Made by a program: the position numbers and the translations under genes | Notes under the pieces: model-generated | What the model saw: the letters and a program-made list of their open reading frames with translations, nothing else | What the model was told of the DNA's origin: nothing | Databases searched by the model: none | Assembly: GCA_041644975.1 (NCBI GenBank) | Contig: JBAZQX010000006.1 | Span: 9,761 to 73,760 of the forward strand | Length of the DNA stretch: 64,000 nt | DNA from: Candidatus Doudnabacteria bacterium | Lineage (GTDB): Bacteria > Patescibacteriota > JAQUNI01 | Reading direction: 5' to 3' | Part shown: positions 1-12,289 of the stretch, piece after piece | Layout: each line of letters begins with the position of its first letter | Position numbering within the stretch: the first letter of the stretch is position 1

Positions 1-120
1 GATCAATGTCATTCGTGAATTAATTTTCAATTTCCAATTCTCAATTTTTTCACCCTCGCGGGTGACCACGGGAAGAGGCGTGGTAATCAATTTCTGATGT
101 CTAAATTTCTAAACTGTTGC

Positions 121-152
121 CCCCGTTTAGAAATTTCTCATTTCTAACGGGG
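121..152. repeat. family A short module (ccccgtttagaaatttctcatttctaacgggg)
   Basis: Same hairpin module as the inner part of the long family A copies. Confidence 0.55.
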
Positions 153-207
153 TTTAAAAATTAAGTCACTAAAAATTTAATAAAAATTCAAAATTAGAAA
201 TTAAAAA

Positions 208-2160
208 TTACTCTTCTTTTATCCTTGTAAACTTGTACTCCCTCTTGAGCGGCTTAAACATCCTCCCTCCGCCTTCCATAAACTTCGGAAAAAATTCTAC
301 GAATTGCAGGCGCGCGGAATGAATAAAGCCGCCTAAAATATTAATCCCCATATTAAAAAGATGCCCGCCGATCAAAATCGGAATCATCACCAGTACGCCT
401 ACATAAGGAACCATATCCTTGAAAAGCAAAGCGATCACATTAATCACCAACCCGATAATACTGGTGGTCAAACCCAAGGCCAGAAGCCGTGAATATGACA
501 AGATATCCGAAAGCATCCCTACGACTTTATAAAGCGACAAAAGACCGCTAGTAAACTTCAAAAAGATGTTCTTTTTCTGATACCCTTGGGTCAAAACTAA
601 AATTATAGCAAAACCAATCACGGTATAACCCCCGATTCGAGCTAAAGATGGAAAAAACAATTTCGTGATTCCAAAGAAAATAATCGCCAAGATCGCCCAC
701 ACCCAAATAAAATCCCCTAATAGGGCTTCCTTAATCCTTTTTTTTGATAAAAGATATTTCACATTCACCATCCGCGCAAACCAAGATTGCAACAACCCAA
801 ACAACAAAGAAATAATCATAATTTGCAAAGGACTTTTAATCGGATCAATGACCTGCAGGGAAAGAAGAAAATCGCGCAAGCTTGATGCTGGAAGATCTAT
901 TAAGCTGATGCTGAAATAGGCTCCGTAAAGCACCCCAACGATGATTGTGGTAATACTGCAATAAATCATTAATTTAAAAAGGCGCTTCACCCCCTCTGAC
1001 AACTTCAAATATTTCACCACTGCCACACTGGCAATTAAAAGGACAATGCCATAACCAGCATCGGAAAGACACATACCAAAAAATATCGCAAAAAAGAAGG
1101 ATAAATAAGGGGTGGGGTCTAATTCATTATATTCCGGGAGGCCATAAATTCGGGTTACGGATTCAAAGGGCTCCATAAGGTTTCTATTGGCCACAATCAC
1201 TGGCACCCGTTCACTCTTTTCTTTCTCTGTCTTTTCCAAATAAACACCAGGAAATTTTTGGGGCAAAATTCGCTGCAATCTTTTAAAACCAAGACTAGAA
1301 ATCCAGCCAGAAATAAAACTCATATAGCGCGTATCTTCTATCCAACCTGTTGTGTCTTTTACTTTCTTCTTATTCTGCCAATAATCATAAACCATTTTGA
1401 CCTTCCCTTCCTCGCTGCTTGCTCGCTTGATTTGCTTTAAGACATCTTTTTTCAATTTCTGAATTTCTTCCAGCCTTTCCTCTATTTTTTGAATCTCCGA
1501 GGCGGGCGTATTCTCGCAAGGCAAAACAACAATGCTAAAACCCGTGCTTTGTAAATCGCGCAAAAAAATCTCTTCATTCTTCTTGAGGTATGTAATCACC
1601 AAATAATAATCCTTGACCTCCTCTTTAACTTTGCGAATATTCACTTCGCCATTCACCACCTTTTTTAAATTGGACAAAGCTTGCCCCGGAAGAATACCCA
1701 AGACTGATTTGGTTTTTCCAGTTTCCAAATCCGCCCGCGTCAAACCTAAAGTCTGCCACGGCCTTAAGATCTCCATTTTTTCTATCCGTTCTTTTCCCTC
1801 TATTTCCAACCTGACCAAATCATTATCCCATTTTTTAAGATCATTCACTAACTTTGAATAATCAAAACTTCGGCAAATTTTTTCAAAATCCTGGTGGGAA
1901 AATTCTGGGGGACCAGCCAAAAATTTTTTGACTCCCGCCAGCGCCCCTTCTTTCTCTTTTGCCACGCGTTCCTTAAAAAGATCCAAGACAAAATCCAGTT
2001 CCGCAAGCAATAAATCAATTTCGTGCTCGCTGGATGGTTCTTCTTTTTTTGTCCGCACATCCACAACTTCAACATCTCCCCTTTCCTGCAAATAAGAAAG
2101 GAGCGCGCTCTTCTTGTGTTTGTCAACCACAATATTAAATTTTTGCATCGGAATAATCAT
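208..2160 (-). CDS. ntpI: V-type (A/V) ATP synthase subunit I (membrane a subunit)
   Basis: 650 aa; soluble N-terminal half followed by a multi-TM C-terminal half typical of subunit I; small stalk subunit gene lies immediately upstream on the same strand. Confidence 0.75.
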   Translation of the reverse strand: MIIPMQKFNIVVDKHKKSALLSYLQERGDVEVVDVRTKKEEPSSEHEIDLLLAELDFVLDLFKERVAKEKEGALAGVKKFLAGPPEFSHQDFEKICRSFDYSKLVNDLKKWDNDLVRLEIEGKERIEKMEILRPWQTLGLTRADLETGKTKSVLGILPGQALSNLKKVVNGEVNIRKVKEEVKDYYLVITYLKKNEEIFLRDLQSTGFSIVVLPCENTPASEIQKIEERLEEIQKLKKDVLKQIKRASSEEGKVKMVYDYWQNKKKVKDTTGWIEDTRYMSFISGWISSLGFKRLQRILPQKFPGVYLEKTEKEKSERVPVIVANRNLMEPFESVTRIYGLPEYNELDPTPYLSFFFAIFFGMCLSDAGYGIVLLIASVAVVKYLKLSEGVKRLFKLMIYCSITTIIVGVLYGAYFSISLIDLPASSLRDFLLSLQVIDPIKSPLQIMIISLLFGLLQSWFARMVNVKYLLSKKRIKEALLGDFIWVWAILAIIFFGITKLFFPSLARIGGYTVIGFAIILVLTQGYQKKNIFLKFTSGLLSLYKVVGMLSDILSYSRLLALGLTTSIIGLVINVIALLFKDMVPYVGVLVMIPILIGGHLFNMGINILGGFIHSARLQFVEFFPKFMEGGGRMFKPLKREYKFTRIKEE

Positions 2161-2213
2161 AAAATCTGATTAATTTAGACCACGAAGTCAGTTAAGTAAG
2201 AGTGAAAAATTCG

Positions 2214-2534
2214 TTAAATCTCGTTTAAAATTCTCCCCACTACAAAATCCGCCGCTGTTTCAATTTTACCTTGCGCCTTCGCGGCGATACTTGCGACTTC
2301 CTTCTCGCTATCTTCTAAAATTTCTTTTTCTATCTTCTTTGCTTCTTCAGCCGCGGTTTTTAAAAACCGCTCTTTTTGTTTTAAAAAGCTTTCTTCTTCT
2401 CTCTTTATTTCTACTTCTGACTCTAAGCGCCCCCTCTCCAAAATCTTTTCTTTTTCTTCGCGCGCCATTTCAATAATCCTCTGCGCCTCGGCTTCTACTT
2501 TTTTAATTTCTTTCAAGGTTTGTATTGACGACAT
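2214..2534 (-). CDS. V-type ATPase peripheral stalk subunit (G/H-like)
   Basis: 106-aa highly charged coiled-coil protein directly upstream of subunit I, matching the G(H)-I-K gene order of V/A-ATPase operons. Confidence 0.5.
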   Translation of the reverse strand: MSSIQTLKEIKKVEAEAQRIIEMAREEKEKILERGRLESEVEIKREEESFLKQKERFLKTAAEEAKKIEKEILEDSEKEVASIAAKAQGKIETAADFVVGRILNEI

Positions 2535-2674
2535 TGGTTTTAAAAATTAGCCAAAATAAAAAAAATTTCCAGAAAAATATATTCAATGTCTAGTCTACTC
2601 CAAATTACAAAAAAAGCAAGAGATAAATTGTGGATAATCTAAATAAAAAAACCGCCTTCTTATAAAAGGCGGGG

Positions 2675-3142
2675 TTAATCCCTATATCGTGCCCGCTCTG
2701 GGACCAATTGAACTAGGCATCCTGGAATCTCCCAAAAATTCCTTTTGCTAGCATATCCCGCGTCAAAAGCATCAATCAAGATATGGAAGCAATAAGCAAT
2801 GATTGGTAAAAAGCTATGGGTCAAGAACCATGCGCCCAGTATGATAAGCGCGGCCATTGGCCAAGTATGGAAGAGGTTCGCCTTTTTATCGTCAAGCACT
2901 TCAAAGCTCCGAACCCAAGCTTTGCCGAAAGGAATTTTATCTTGCTTGCGAATCTGTAATGCTATTTTCACTCGTTTCCAGTGGAAAAAATGGTCCACGT
3001 CCACCAGAATACCTGACCAACAAGTGATTATTACAACCCATGCGTAATGCCAACCAAAGCTCAAAGTCGTTGCCAAATTGTTGAACCAATGAGCCAAGAT
3101 AACGAAAGCAGTGCCTACCAAATGTGTCTTTGTATCAGCCAT
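2675..3142 (-). CDS. membrane protein, possible membrane-bound metal-dependent hydrolase
   Basis: 155 aa, several TM helices, His-rich loops (DVDHFFHW, HILID). Confidence 0.35.
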   Translation of the reverse strand: MADTKTHLVGTAFVILAHWFNNLATTLSFGWHYAWVVIITCWSGILVDVDHFFHWKRVKIALQIRKQDKIPFGKAWVRSFEVLDDKKANLFHTWPMAALIILGAWFLTHSFLPIIAYCFHILIDAFDAGYASKRNFWEIPGCLVQLVPERARYRD

Positions 3143-3317
3143 TCCAAACCTCCTTCACTATTCTGAACAACAAGAAAAACTAAAAACGCGCCATACCATA
3201 ATTAAAGTATTATTATCTAAAGAGCAATGTTTCATTGAACCATAAAATCAAAAATAAATCAAGAGTTTGCAACTAATAATTTACTTGCTATCCTAAACAT
3301 TACACTCTAATATAAAA

Positions 3318-4613
3318 TTGGAGGGAAATGATCTTTTTAAAATCACACTACCCCTTACAAGGGATGGGAGGAAATCTATGTCAGACCAGTATAAAACAGA
3401 AATTATTGATCCGGGCGACCAAGCTTCACATCTTGCCCACGAAGTCTGCGTCCAAAGCTACTCTAACTGCAAAGCGGTAATTATTGTTCCACACCAACCG
3501 GGGAATTTTCGCGGATCAGTCGGTTTTCTTTGGAAGCCGCACATCCTGGAAGCAATGGCGAGAAACAGGGTTGATCCCGAAAGTGAAGTATTAACCCATT
3601 GGGAAATGCTCCAAGAAGTGGAAAATGACGGCGCTGGCGGCAAACCCCAATTTTTTACCCTGTTGGGAATACTTGAATTCTTTCAACGTCTGGGCTTCGA
3701 GATTATCACAATGACTGCCGATGATTTCGCCCGCTCTGGAAGATTTCCCGCAGTGATGGTGAACGAGATAAACACGAAAAGGATCACCGAGGAAAATTTT
3801 CCTCTCTTCCAAGCCGCAATGGAAGGATACGGCAAGGCGCTGGAAGAAGCTGGACTTGTAAACATCACCGGCGAAATTGCCATAATGAAGCACAGTATCA
3901 CTGCTTTCTGCGACACAGGATCTTTAGCAGAATTTATTCTCACTTGGGGAGGCACTTGTATCGGCTTAGCCCACCGCGATCTCTTGATTGATGGGTCGGA
4001 AATCAAGCCCGGAATGCCGATTGTCGGATTCTGGGAGCCGGGCTACCGTTGCAACGGCGGCACGTTCTTCACTAACTTAATCCTGCAAAAATTCGGACCG
4101 GAGATACAAAGAATCAAAGATAATCCTCGAGCTCTGGACTTTATCGCCAATTTAACCATACCTTCTAGAAGTTATGCCCGCACTATTACACGTATCGCGG
4201 GCTGGTATCCGGACGGAGGCATCGGCAAGCCGCTAGCTAAGATTTACGGCATTGCCCATATCACCGGCGGCGGGGTCTGGAAAAAATTTGGCGAGTTGTT
4301 GCCCGAGGGCGTTGGAGCGAATCTTGACTCTATGCCCGAACCCACCGAAGTTCTGAAACAAGGTCAGGAACTTTCTTGGGATCTCCCGGATTTAAGACTC
4401 ACGGACAGACAAGCCTATGGCACGCTCCACGGCGGCTGCGGCATGCTCCTTGTATGCGCGAAAAATGACGCGGAAAAGATTATCGCGGAGGCAGAAAAAG
4501 ATAGAATCAGCGCAGAAGTGGTTGGTGAAACAACAGCATCGCCGGACAGAGAGGTAGTTATTCATTCACGCTTTAAGGAAGGCAGAATCCTTTCTTCAAA
4601 AAACCCTGAATAA
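3318..4613 (+). CDS. PurM-like AIR-synthase-related protein
   Basis: C-terminal domain carries GIAHITGGG motif typical of the PurM/AIR synthase-related superfamily; true start may be the internal ATG at 3378. Confidence 0.6.
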   Translation: MEGNDLFKITLPLTRDGRKSMSDQYKTEIIDPGDQASHLAHEVCVQSYSNCKAVIIVPHQPGNFRGSVGFLWKPHILEAMARNRVDPESEVLTHWEMLQEVENDGAGGKPQFFTLLGILEFFQRLGFEIITMTADDFARSGRFPAVMVNEINTKRITEENFPLFQAAMEGYGKALEEAGLVNITGEIAIMKHSITAFCDTGSLAEFILTWGGTCIGLAHRDLLIDGSEIKPGMPIVGFWEPGYRCNGGTFFTNLILQKFGPEIQRIKDNPRALDFIANLTIPSRSYARTITRIAGWYPDGGIGKPLAKIYGIAHITGGGVWKKFGELLPEGVGANLDSMPEPTEVLKQGQELSWDLPDLRLTDRQAYGTLHGGCGMLLVCAKNDAEKIIAEAEKDRISAEVVGETTASPDREVVIHSRFKEGRILSSKNPE

Positions 4614-4627
4614 AAATCAGGGACAAC

Positions 4628-4657
4628 AGAAGAGTTATATTACTCTTCTTTTTTTAT
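4628..4657 (+). terminator. rho-independent terminator after PurM-like gene
   Basis: agaagag-loop-ctcttct stem followed by a T7 run. Confidence 0.5.
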
Positions 4658-4745
4658 AAACGATTTTTTGGATTTTCAAAGGAATAATAAAAGGCTTGCA
4701 AAATAGCAAGCCGTGTTGAAAAAGATACTGCATTCCCTCTTTATT

Positions 4746-5159
4746 TTACGCCGGTGTCAGTGGTTCCCTTTTAAGCTTTGAGCAGGGTCGCTCATTACAC
4801 TCGCCGCAATGCTTTATATTACGCTTCTTTGCACATTTAACCAACTCTTTTACTCTTTTCACTTCCTCTCCTAAAACTTTTTCAAGACCAATTCTCTTTA
4901 CTTGCTCGAGATTGCCAACAACATCATTATACCAAGCCGGCGTATCAAAAAAGGCTTTTAATTTTTCGCAAGGAAATTCCTTGCACTCGCAACACACTCT
5001 CAAACCTTTTACCTTTATACAACAATCATAAATCTTGCAGATTTTAGTGTATTTTAAACAAAGCCCTTTCCGAGAAATGCATCCCCCGCAGCTTCCATCC
5101 TGCAAAGCGCTGCACTCTCCGCAATACAAACCACAAGGAGCAATTAAATCTTGATCCAT
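4746..5159 (-). CDS. Cys-rich DUF3795-like protein
   Basis: 137 aa with repeated CGxxC / CxxC clusters (CGLYCGECS, CGGC, CCECKEFPC, CGECNERPC). Confidence 0.5.
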   Translation of the reverse strand: MDQDLIAPCGLYCGECSALQDGSCGGCISRKGLCLKYTKICKIYDCCIKVKGLRVCCECKEFPCEKLKAFFDTPAWYNDVVGNLEQVKRIGLEKVLGEEVKRVKELVKCAKKRNIKHCGECNERPCSKLKREPLTPA

Positions 5160-5249
5160 AAGTATGAATAAAAGCCAAAACTATGATTTAAAAATTTTTC
5201 ATTTTAAATCATAATTTTGAATTTTGCGATTTGAGTTTTGAATTTTCAA

Positions 5250-5326
5250 TGGTGCGCGCGGAGGGAATCGAACCCCCGACCGTCTCCTTAAAAGGGAGCT
5301 GCTCTACCTAACTGAGCTACGCGCGC
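5250..5326 (-). tRNA. tRNA-Lys (anticodon UUU)
   Basis: Cloverleaf readable on the minus strand: GCGCGCG acceptor, GCTC/GAGC D-stem, anticodon loop CTTTTAA, T-loop TTCGATT, encoded CCA. Confidence 0.8.
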
Positions 5327-5446
5327 TCGCAAGTCGTTCAGACCCCAAAGGTAAAAAACAAATATATAAAATAATTTTGACTTCCCGATTATATACAAAA
5401 AATCCCCCCTTGTCAAAACTTTTGTCTGGAAGAAAGCAAGGAGGAC

Positions 5447-5956
5447 TTAGTCTTTTTCTTTGCGCCAAAGGATTAAGCCCGAAACCAACATCAAGACTGC
5501 TGGCGCTAAAAACCACCACATCCGATAGTCAATAATATAGGACGAGAGGCGGGAGAAAGTTAAAATTTGAATCTCCAATTCTGAATTCAAGAATAAACTT
5601 AAAATAGACAAAAGCATCGCGGCAAGCAAAAAACCGTAAACGCCAGACATCACTAAATTGACCATTCCCTTTTTGCCGGAACTTGCGGCTAAATATTCCG
5701 CCCAAATTGCCAACAGAACCATAACCACTAAAAACAAACCTATTTTAAGCGCGGGAGACGCCCAAATCCCGTAACTTTCAATATTTAAAGCATTATTCAA
5801 ACAGCTGACAACTTTATTCCCGACCTCATTCACTACCACGAAACTAATGTAACTGGAAACAAAAAGCACCACGATTTGCCCTTTCCGGAAAATAAAACCA
5901 TAACCAGCGCCGATCGCTAAAAATAAAATGAGTCCAAAATCCCAAGTAGAGAACAT
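5447..5956 (-). CDS. hypothetical polytopic membrane protein
   Basis: 169 aa, about five hydrophobic helices, no recognisable motifs. Confidence 0.4.
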   Translation of the reverse strand: MFSTWDFGLILFLAIGAGYGFIFRKGQIVVLFVSSYISFVVVNEVGNKVVSCLNNALNIESYGIWASPALKIGLFLVVMVLLAIWAEYLAASSGKKGMVNLVMSGVYGFLLAAMLLSILSLFLNSELEIQILTFSRLSSYIIDYRMWWFLAPAVLMLVSGLILWRKEKD

Positions 5957-6075
5957 AAGTTTTTTTGCCCGCAGAATAATAGAAGGCGGACCTGCCCACC
6001 GAAGCTAAATAGTAGCACCGGTGGGTTTTTGTTTTTATTTGAATTTAATCAACCTTTTAGTATTATACCACTTTT

Positions 6076-7224
6076 TTAGAAAAAATTCCAAAACCCCTTA
6101 TCTTTATCCACATTCGCCGTTTCGCCTCCCTCGTTCTCCAGTTCTTTAAGGAGCGCTCTTTCCCGCCGTGAAAGATGCCTCGGCACAATTACGTTAACCT
6201 TGACCAATTGATCGCCGCGGCCGCGGCCACCAAGATGAGGAATACCCTTCTCGGAAAGCTTAAAGATCTTGCCCGATTGGGTTCCCGCTGGAATTTTTAA
6301 TTTCACCGCGCCGTCATAGGTCTTGACCCTCACTTCCCCGCCTAAAGCCGCTCGAGTAAAAGAAATATTTACGGCGGTTAAAACATCGTCTCTTTGACGC
6401 TCAAAATAACTAGAAGGTTTAATATGAATATTCAAATAAAGATCGCCGGAAGCCGCGCCGCGCACTCCCGCCTCGCCCTTGCCTTCCACCTTAATTGTTT
6501 CACCGTCGCGCACTCCCGCTGGTATCTCCACAACAATCCTCTCCTCATCCACCACCCGACCCGTGCCCGAGCAACGGGTGCAGGGACGGCTAATCTTTTT
6601 ACCCTCCCCTCCGCATTCAGGGCAGGGAGACACTTGAGAAAAATTCCCCAAGAAAGTCTGCCGCGTAATCCTCACCTGCCCCGTTCCTTTGCAACGGGGA
6701 CATTCTGTAACTCTGCTCCCCGGCTCCGCGCCGCGACCGTGGCAATGGCTGCATACCACCTCTTTGCGCAAGCGCATTGTCTCTCGCGAGCCTGTGAAAA
6801 CTTTCCCAAAATCTAATTCCAAATCCGCTTGAATGTCCGCGCCGCGCACTCCCTGCCTCTTGCGCCGGCGGCTCCCGCCAAAACCGAACATATCCGAAAA
6901 GATATCGCCTAAATCAAAATCCGCAAAATTCGCGTTAGAACCTTGGGTGCGAAAATTATTAAAATCAAAGCCTGAAAAACCAGAAAAACCAGCGCCTCCG
7001 CCCGAGGCTCCGGCTTCACCAAAAGTAGTGCCGAATTGGTCATACTGGGCGCGCTTCTTCGGATTTCCCAAAACCTGATAGGCTTCATTTAGTTCCTTAA
7101 ACTTAGCCTCGTTGCCTCCATCTTTATCCGGATGATGCTGGTGCGCCAATTTTCGAAAGGCTTTTTTAATTTCTTCTTGGGTGGCATTTTTAGAAACGCA
7201 AAGGATTTGATAGTAGTCTTTCAT
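6076..7224 (-). CDS. dnaJ: molecular chaperone DnaJ
   Basis: J-domain with HPD motif (AHQHHPDK), Gly-rich linker, four CxxCxGxG zinc-finger repeats. Confidence 0.95.
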   Translation of the reverse strand: MKDYYQILCVSKNATQEEIKKAFRKLAHQHHPDKDGGNEAKFKELNEAYQVLGNPKKRAQYDQFGTTFGEAGASGGGAGFSGFSGFDFNNFRTQGSNANFADFDLGDIFSDMFGFGGSRRRKRQGVRGADIQADLELDFGKVFTGSRETMRLRKEVVCSHCHGRGAEPGSRVTECPRCKGTGQVRITRQTFLGNFSQVSPCPECGGEGKKISRPCTRCSGTGRVVDEERIVVEIPAGVRDGETIKVEGKGEAGVRGAASGDLYLNIHIKPSSYFERQRDDVLTAVNISFTRAALGGEVRVKTYDGAVKLKIPAGTQSGKIFKLSEKGIPHLGGRGRGDQLVKVNVIVPRHLSRRERALLKELENEGGETANVDKDKGFWNFF

Positions 7225-7325
7225 TATAATAAAGAATCAAGAAGTAAGAATTATGAATCAAGAATAATAAAAATTGCTTAGGCATTCTGTTGGTTCAAAT
7301 CTCCTGACTTAAACCAACGAAGGGA

Positions 7326-7483
7326 CGTCATTGCGAGGAGTCCCGAGCTTGTCGAGGGACGACGAAGCAATCTCATCGAGCGTAATATCTAGTTTTATGA
7401 GATTGCCTGCCCGCCATCGCTTCGCTTCAGGCGAGGCGGGCGGGCTTCGTCGTCGGGCTTCTGCCCTCCTCCTCGCAATGACG
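7326..7483. mobile_element. MITE-like nested palindrome, family B (TIR cgtcattgcgagg / cctcgcaatgacg)
   Basis: ~158-bp imperfect palindrome containing the core gcctgcccgccatcgcttcgcttcaggcgaggcgggcggg; related copies at 22700, 39184, 58864 and the core alone at 23021, 32914, 38286, 38936, 51862. Confidence 0.7.
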
Positions 7484-7490
7484 AATTAGT

Positions 7491-7901
7491 TTAAATTTTT
7501 AGTAATTTCAACCCAATCTCCTCTGAATATTTTCTTGAAATTTCAGCGTCCCATTTACGCACGACGATTTCGCAAGTCGCGGCGACGCGAGCTTCCTTTA
7601 GATGTCCGCCGAAAACTTGCGTCGCGGCGTTCCCTAAAACAATATGGGCGTGTAAACCATCACGCGTGATAGTCGCTAACAAATTAACAATCTCCAATGG
7701 TTCATTAAATTCTTTTTCGCTGTATTCTTTTTTATCCACGCGGTAATGGGCGAGCTTCGCATAGTCCACCGCCCCTAAGCCCCAAAGAATGCCGCTTGCT
7801 ATTTTTTCTCTTTTTAAAAAATCTTCTACGGTCTTCACAATTTCTTCTCCCCGCTCTAATCTCAAAAGATATTCATTTTTAAAAACCTTTTTAACCCTCA
7901 T
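7491..7901 (-). CDS. PPC/DUF296-domain protein (predicted DNA-binding)
   Basis: 136 aa; sequence pattern resembles PPC (DUF296) domain proteins; inserted between dnaK and dnaJ. Confidence 0.5.
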   Translation of the reverse strand: MRVKKVFKNEYLLRLERGEEIVKTVEDFLKREKIASGILWGLGAVDYAKLAHYRVDKKEYSEKEFNEPLEIVNLLATITRDGLHAHIVLGNAATQVFGGHLKEARVAATCEIVVRKWDAEISRKYSEEIGLKLLKI

Positions 7902-7950
7902 AAATATATATAAATGCAGAAACAGTTAAAATAAGAGGTGAAGCCCAAGT

Positions 7951-8235
7951 TCACCTCTCCTCTTCCTTCTTTTGGACCTCAAAAGAGCGCAAAATACCTA
8001 CAGGGACCGAACCAGAGATTGCACCATTGACCTTTAGTTTGCCGTCTATTTCAGTCATTTCAAAACTAAATTCCTGGCCATTCTCTAAAGCTTTGAGGTC
8101 AAATTTGAGCTTCAAGTCCCTGGGATCAACGATTTCCATAGTTCCGGTCAACCTTTGATTATCACGATCAATAGTGACCTCAAAAACCGTTCCTGCCTTT
8201 TCTTTCCTCACATTGATCTTTTCTCCACCAAACAT
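7951..8235 (-). CDS. hypothetical protein
   Basis: 94-aa acidic ORF inside the dnaK-dnaJ operon; no recognisable motif. Confidence 0.35.
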   Translation of the reverse strand: MFGGEKINVRKEKAGTVFEVTIDRDNQRLTGTMEIVDPRDLKLKFDLKALENGQEFSFEMTEIDGKLKVNGAISGSVPVGILRSFEVQKKEEER

Positions 8236-8517
8236 TTAAATCACCTCTATTTTCTTTAATAGCCAGATTTTAGGATAAATGATTCTAAAATTAAAAATAA
8301 CCAATACCTCTTCATAACCAAAACCGCCCCACTAATCCCATAACTTAATGGTTTTGGTTTTGGCAAGTACACCCCGCAAGATATTTTGTCCGCGAGGGCG
8401 AGGCCCATTTTTAAGAAGATTTTCTCATCTTCTCATTCCTTCTCGCTAATTCTCTAGAGATTAGCGAGAAGGTATACGAAAAGATAATCTTCCACTAACA
8501 GGGTAATAAAGAACAAT

Positions 8518-10434
<1,917 letters not shown>

Positions 10435-10649
10435 TTAATATTCCTTATCTCTTTTAATCAAGATGATTAACAATGGTTTAGAATATTAATGGTTAAATTA
10501 AAATGTTTGGACAATGAAGCAATGAAGCAATGAATTTTAGAACGTGTCCTGAAAAATCCACCTTTTAGAACACCTTTCTTATTGAATTATGAATCAGGAA
10601 GCAGAAATCAGGAATATTGAAAATTATTTTATTCCTGATTCATAATTCC

Positions 10650-11192
10650 CTATTCAACCTTAACCCTTGCTGGCCGAATGACTTTGCCATTCAAGCTATA
10701 CCCTTTTTGTAAAACCTCTGCAATCTGGCATTCCTTATCCCCTTTCTTCTTTACTTCTTTATTAGTTTCTTCCTTTTCCACGGCTTCGCAAGTACAAGGA
10801 TCAAATTTGTCCCCTGCCTGCAGCTCAATTTCCTGTAAACCTTCAGCCGCTAAAATATTTTGGAAATGATTCTTGATATGTTTAATCCCCTCTACCCAGC
10901 TTGTTTTTTCCCAACCCTTGGGCGTATGTTTTAATGCCTCTTCCATGTGATCCAGAATCGGCAGTATCTTTAATAATAATTCTTCATTGGCAAACTTGAT
11001 TAAATCTAAATTCCTTTTTTCCATTCTTTTCCGATAATTCTCAAAATCCGCTCTTTCCCTCTGCCAACCCGCCAGATTTTCCTCTGCCATTTTTCTGTAT
11101 TTCTCCAGCTCTTGGTTTGCCCGTTGCTCCCCTCTTTTCTTAATAATCTTTTTATTTTTTATCTCTTTCATAAAGTTATTTACAAATTGCAC
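10650..11192 (-). CDS. grpE: nucleotide exchange factor GrpE
   Basis: 180 aa; coiled-coil N-terminus and C-terminal beta domain, located between hrcA and dnaK. Confidence 0.85.
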   Translation of the reverse strand: MQFVNNFMKEIKNKKIIKKRGEQRANQELEKYRKMAEENLAGWQRERADFENYRKRMEKRNLDLIKFANEELLLKILPILDHMEEALKHTPKGWEKTSWVEGIKHIKNHFQNILAAEGLQEIELQAGDKFDPCTCEAVEKEETNKEVKKKGDKECQIAEVLQKGYSLNGKVIRPARVKVE

Positions 11193-11222
11193 ATTATATA
11201 ATAAAAACCTTAATTCTTAATT

Positions 11223-12002
11223 CTAACTAAATAATTCTAAAATTTGATCTCCAAATCCCACCATCAACATTCCGCTTACGGTCGCACCGCCCAAAAATTT
11301 AGTAACATAGTCTAAAATAGACATATTACGTGCGTAATGCATTCTTTTCGGACCGATCAAAGCGATAATCCCTTTTTCACCCGAGGGTAGCTCAAAGTGA
11401 GACACCATTAAAGCGCATTCTTGAGCCTCGCAAAAAGGGTTTTCCCCTCCGATATATACCTCTAAATCTTGATCCTCGGATCTCACTAAAACTTTAATGT
11501 TCTCGTCTAAAAGATCAACCATTTGCGTCATTTCGAAGACTGACTCGGGGCGCGCGAATTCCGGCTCATTTAAAAGGCGTGAGATTCCAGAATCAAAAAC
11601 CAAATCTTCGCCCAGGATGCTCGTTAAGGCAACATTCCCCGTAAGTTTGGCTAAAAGTTTTGTTAAGTGGTGAAACAGTTTTGTGTTTGCCGCCCTGGTC
11701 TTTAATAATTCTAAGGCTAATTTCTTCTGCTCTTTACGGGACAAATTTCTATCCTGCATTAAATAATCAATAAAATAGCGATAACCCTTGTCGGTCGGGA
11801 TACGTCCCGCGGATGTGTGCGGCTGAAGAATCAAGCCCCTTTTTTCCAAAGCAACCATTTCGCTGCGCATTGTCGCGGTTGAAATATTAAAATGAGATTT
11901 CTTGACGATCCTTTCTGAAGAAACAGGCAAAGCCGTTTCCACATATTCGCGAATAATCGCTTTTAAGATTTTATTTTGTCTGTCTGAAATTTTAATCTTC
12001 AT
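11223..12002 (-). CDS. hrcA: heat-inducible transcription repressor HrcA
   Basis: N-terminal winged-helix region (ALPVSSERIVKKS...ISTATMRSEMVALE) typical of HrcA; first gene of the hsp operon. Confidence 0.9.
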   Translation of the reverse strand: MKIKISDRQNKILKAIIREYVETALPVSSERIVKKSHFNISTATMRSEMVALEKRGLILQPHTSAGRIPTDKGYRYFIDYLMQDRNLSRKEQKKLALELLKTRAANTKLFHHLTKLLAKLTGNVALTSILGEDLVFDSGISRLLNEPEFARPESVFEMTQMVDLLDENIKVLVRSEDQDLEVYIGGENPFCEAQECALMVSHFELPSGEKGIIALIGPKRMHYARNMSILDYVTKFLGGATVSGMLMVGFGDQILELFS

Positions 12003-12105
12003 AGAATAATATTCTTATTATTGGTTTTCCCTTCCTTTGGCTCAAGACTTATCCACAGGATTAGCACTCTCACTCCCTAACTGCTAATTCCATTATATAC
12101 CCCTA

Positions 12106-12132
12106 TTAGCACTTGTCAAGTAGGAGTGCTAA
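12106..12132. promoter_or_regulatory. CIRCE operator (HrcA binding site)
   Basis: ttagcactt-N9-gagtgctaa, near-perfect match to TTAGCACTC-N9-GAGTGCTAA, ~100 bp upstream of hrcA; a second half-site ttagcactc lies at 12061-12069. Confidence 0.8.
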
Positions 12133-12289
12133 CCCCCCACCTTTTAGAAAAAGGTGGGGGTAAAAATTAAAAGTGAAAAGTTAGAAATTGACCTTCCCCC
12201 TGACAAGGGGGAATTGAAGGGGGTTTTAAAAACTTATGACAAAACCGCTACGATATGCTACTCTTAAAGAAAGAAATATGATTTAAAAT

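Noticed and set aside
665-2132. Plus- and minus-strand small ORFs inside the V-ATPase subunit I gene (665-919, 1258-1440, 1613-1861, 1848-2132)
   Set aside because: They are fully contained in a long, well-supported CDS on the other strand or frame and have no motifs.
10505-10535. Short tandem repeat caatgaagcaatgaagcaatgaa, considered as a possible CRISPR or minisatellite
   Set aside because: Only about 2.5 copies of an 8-mer. There are no spacers and no cas genes, and it lies inside an AT-rich intergenic palindrome region.
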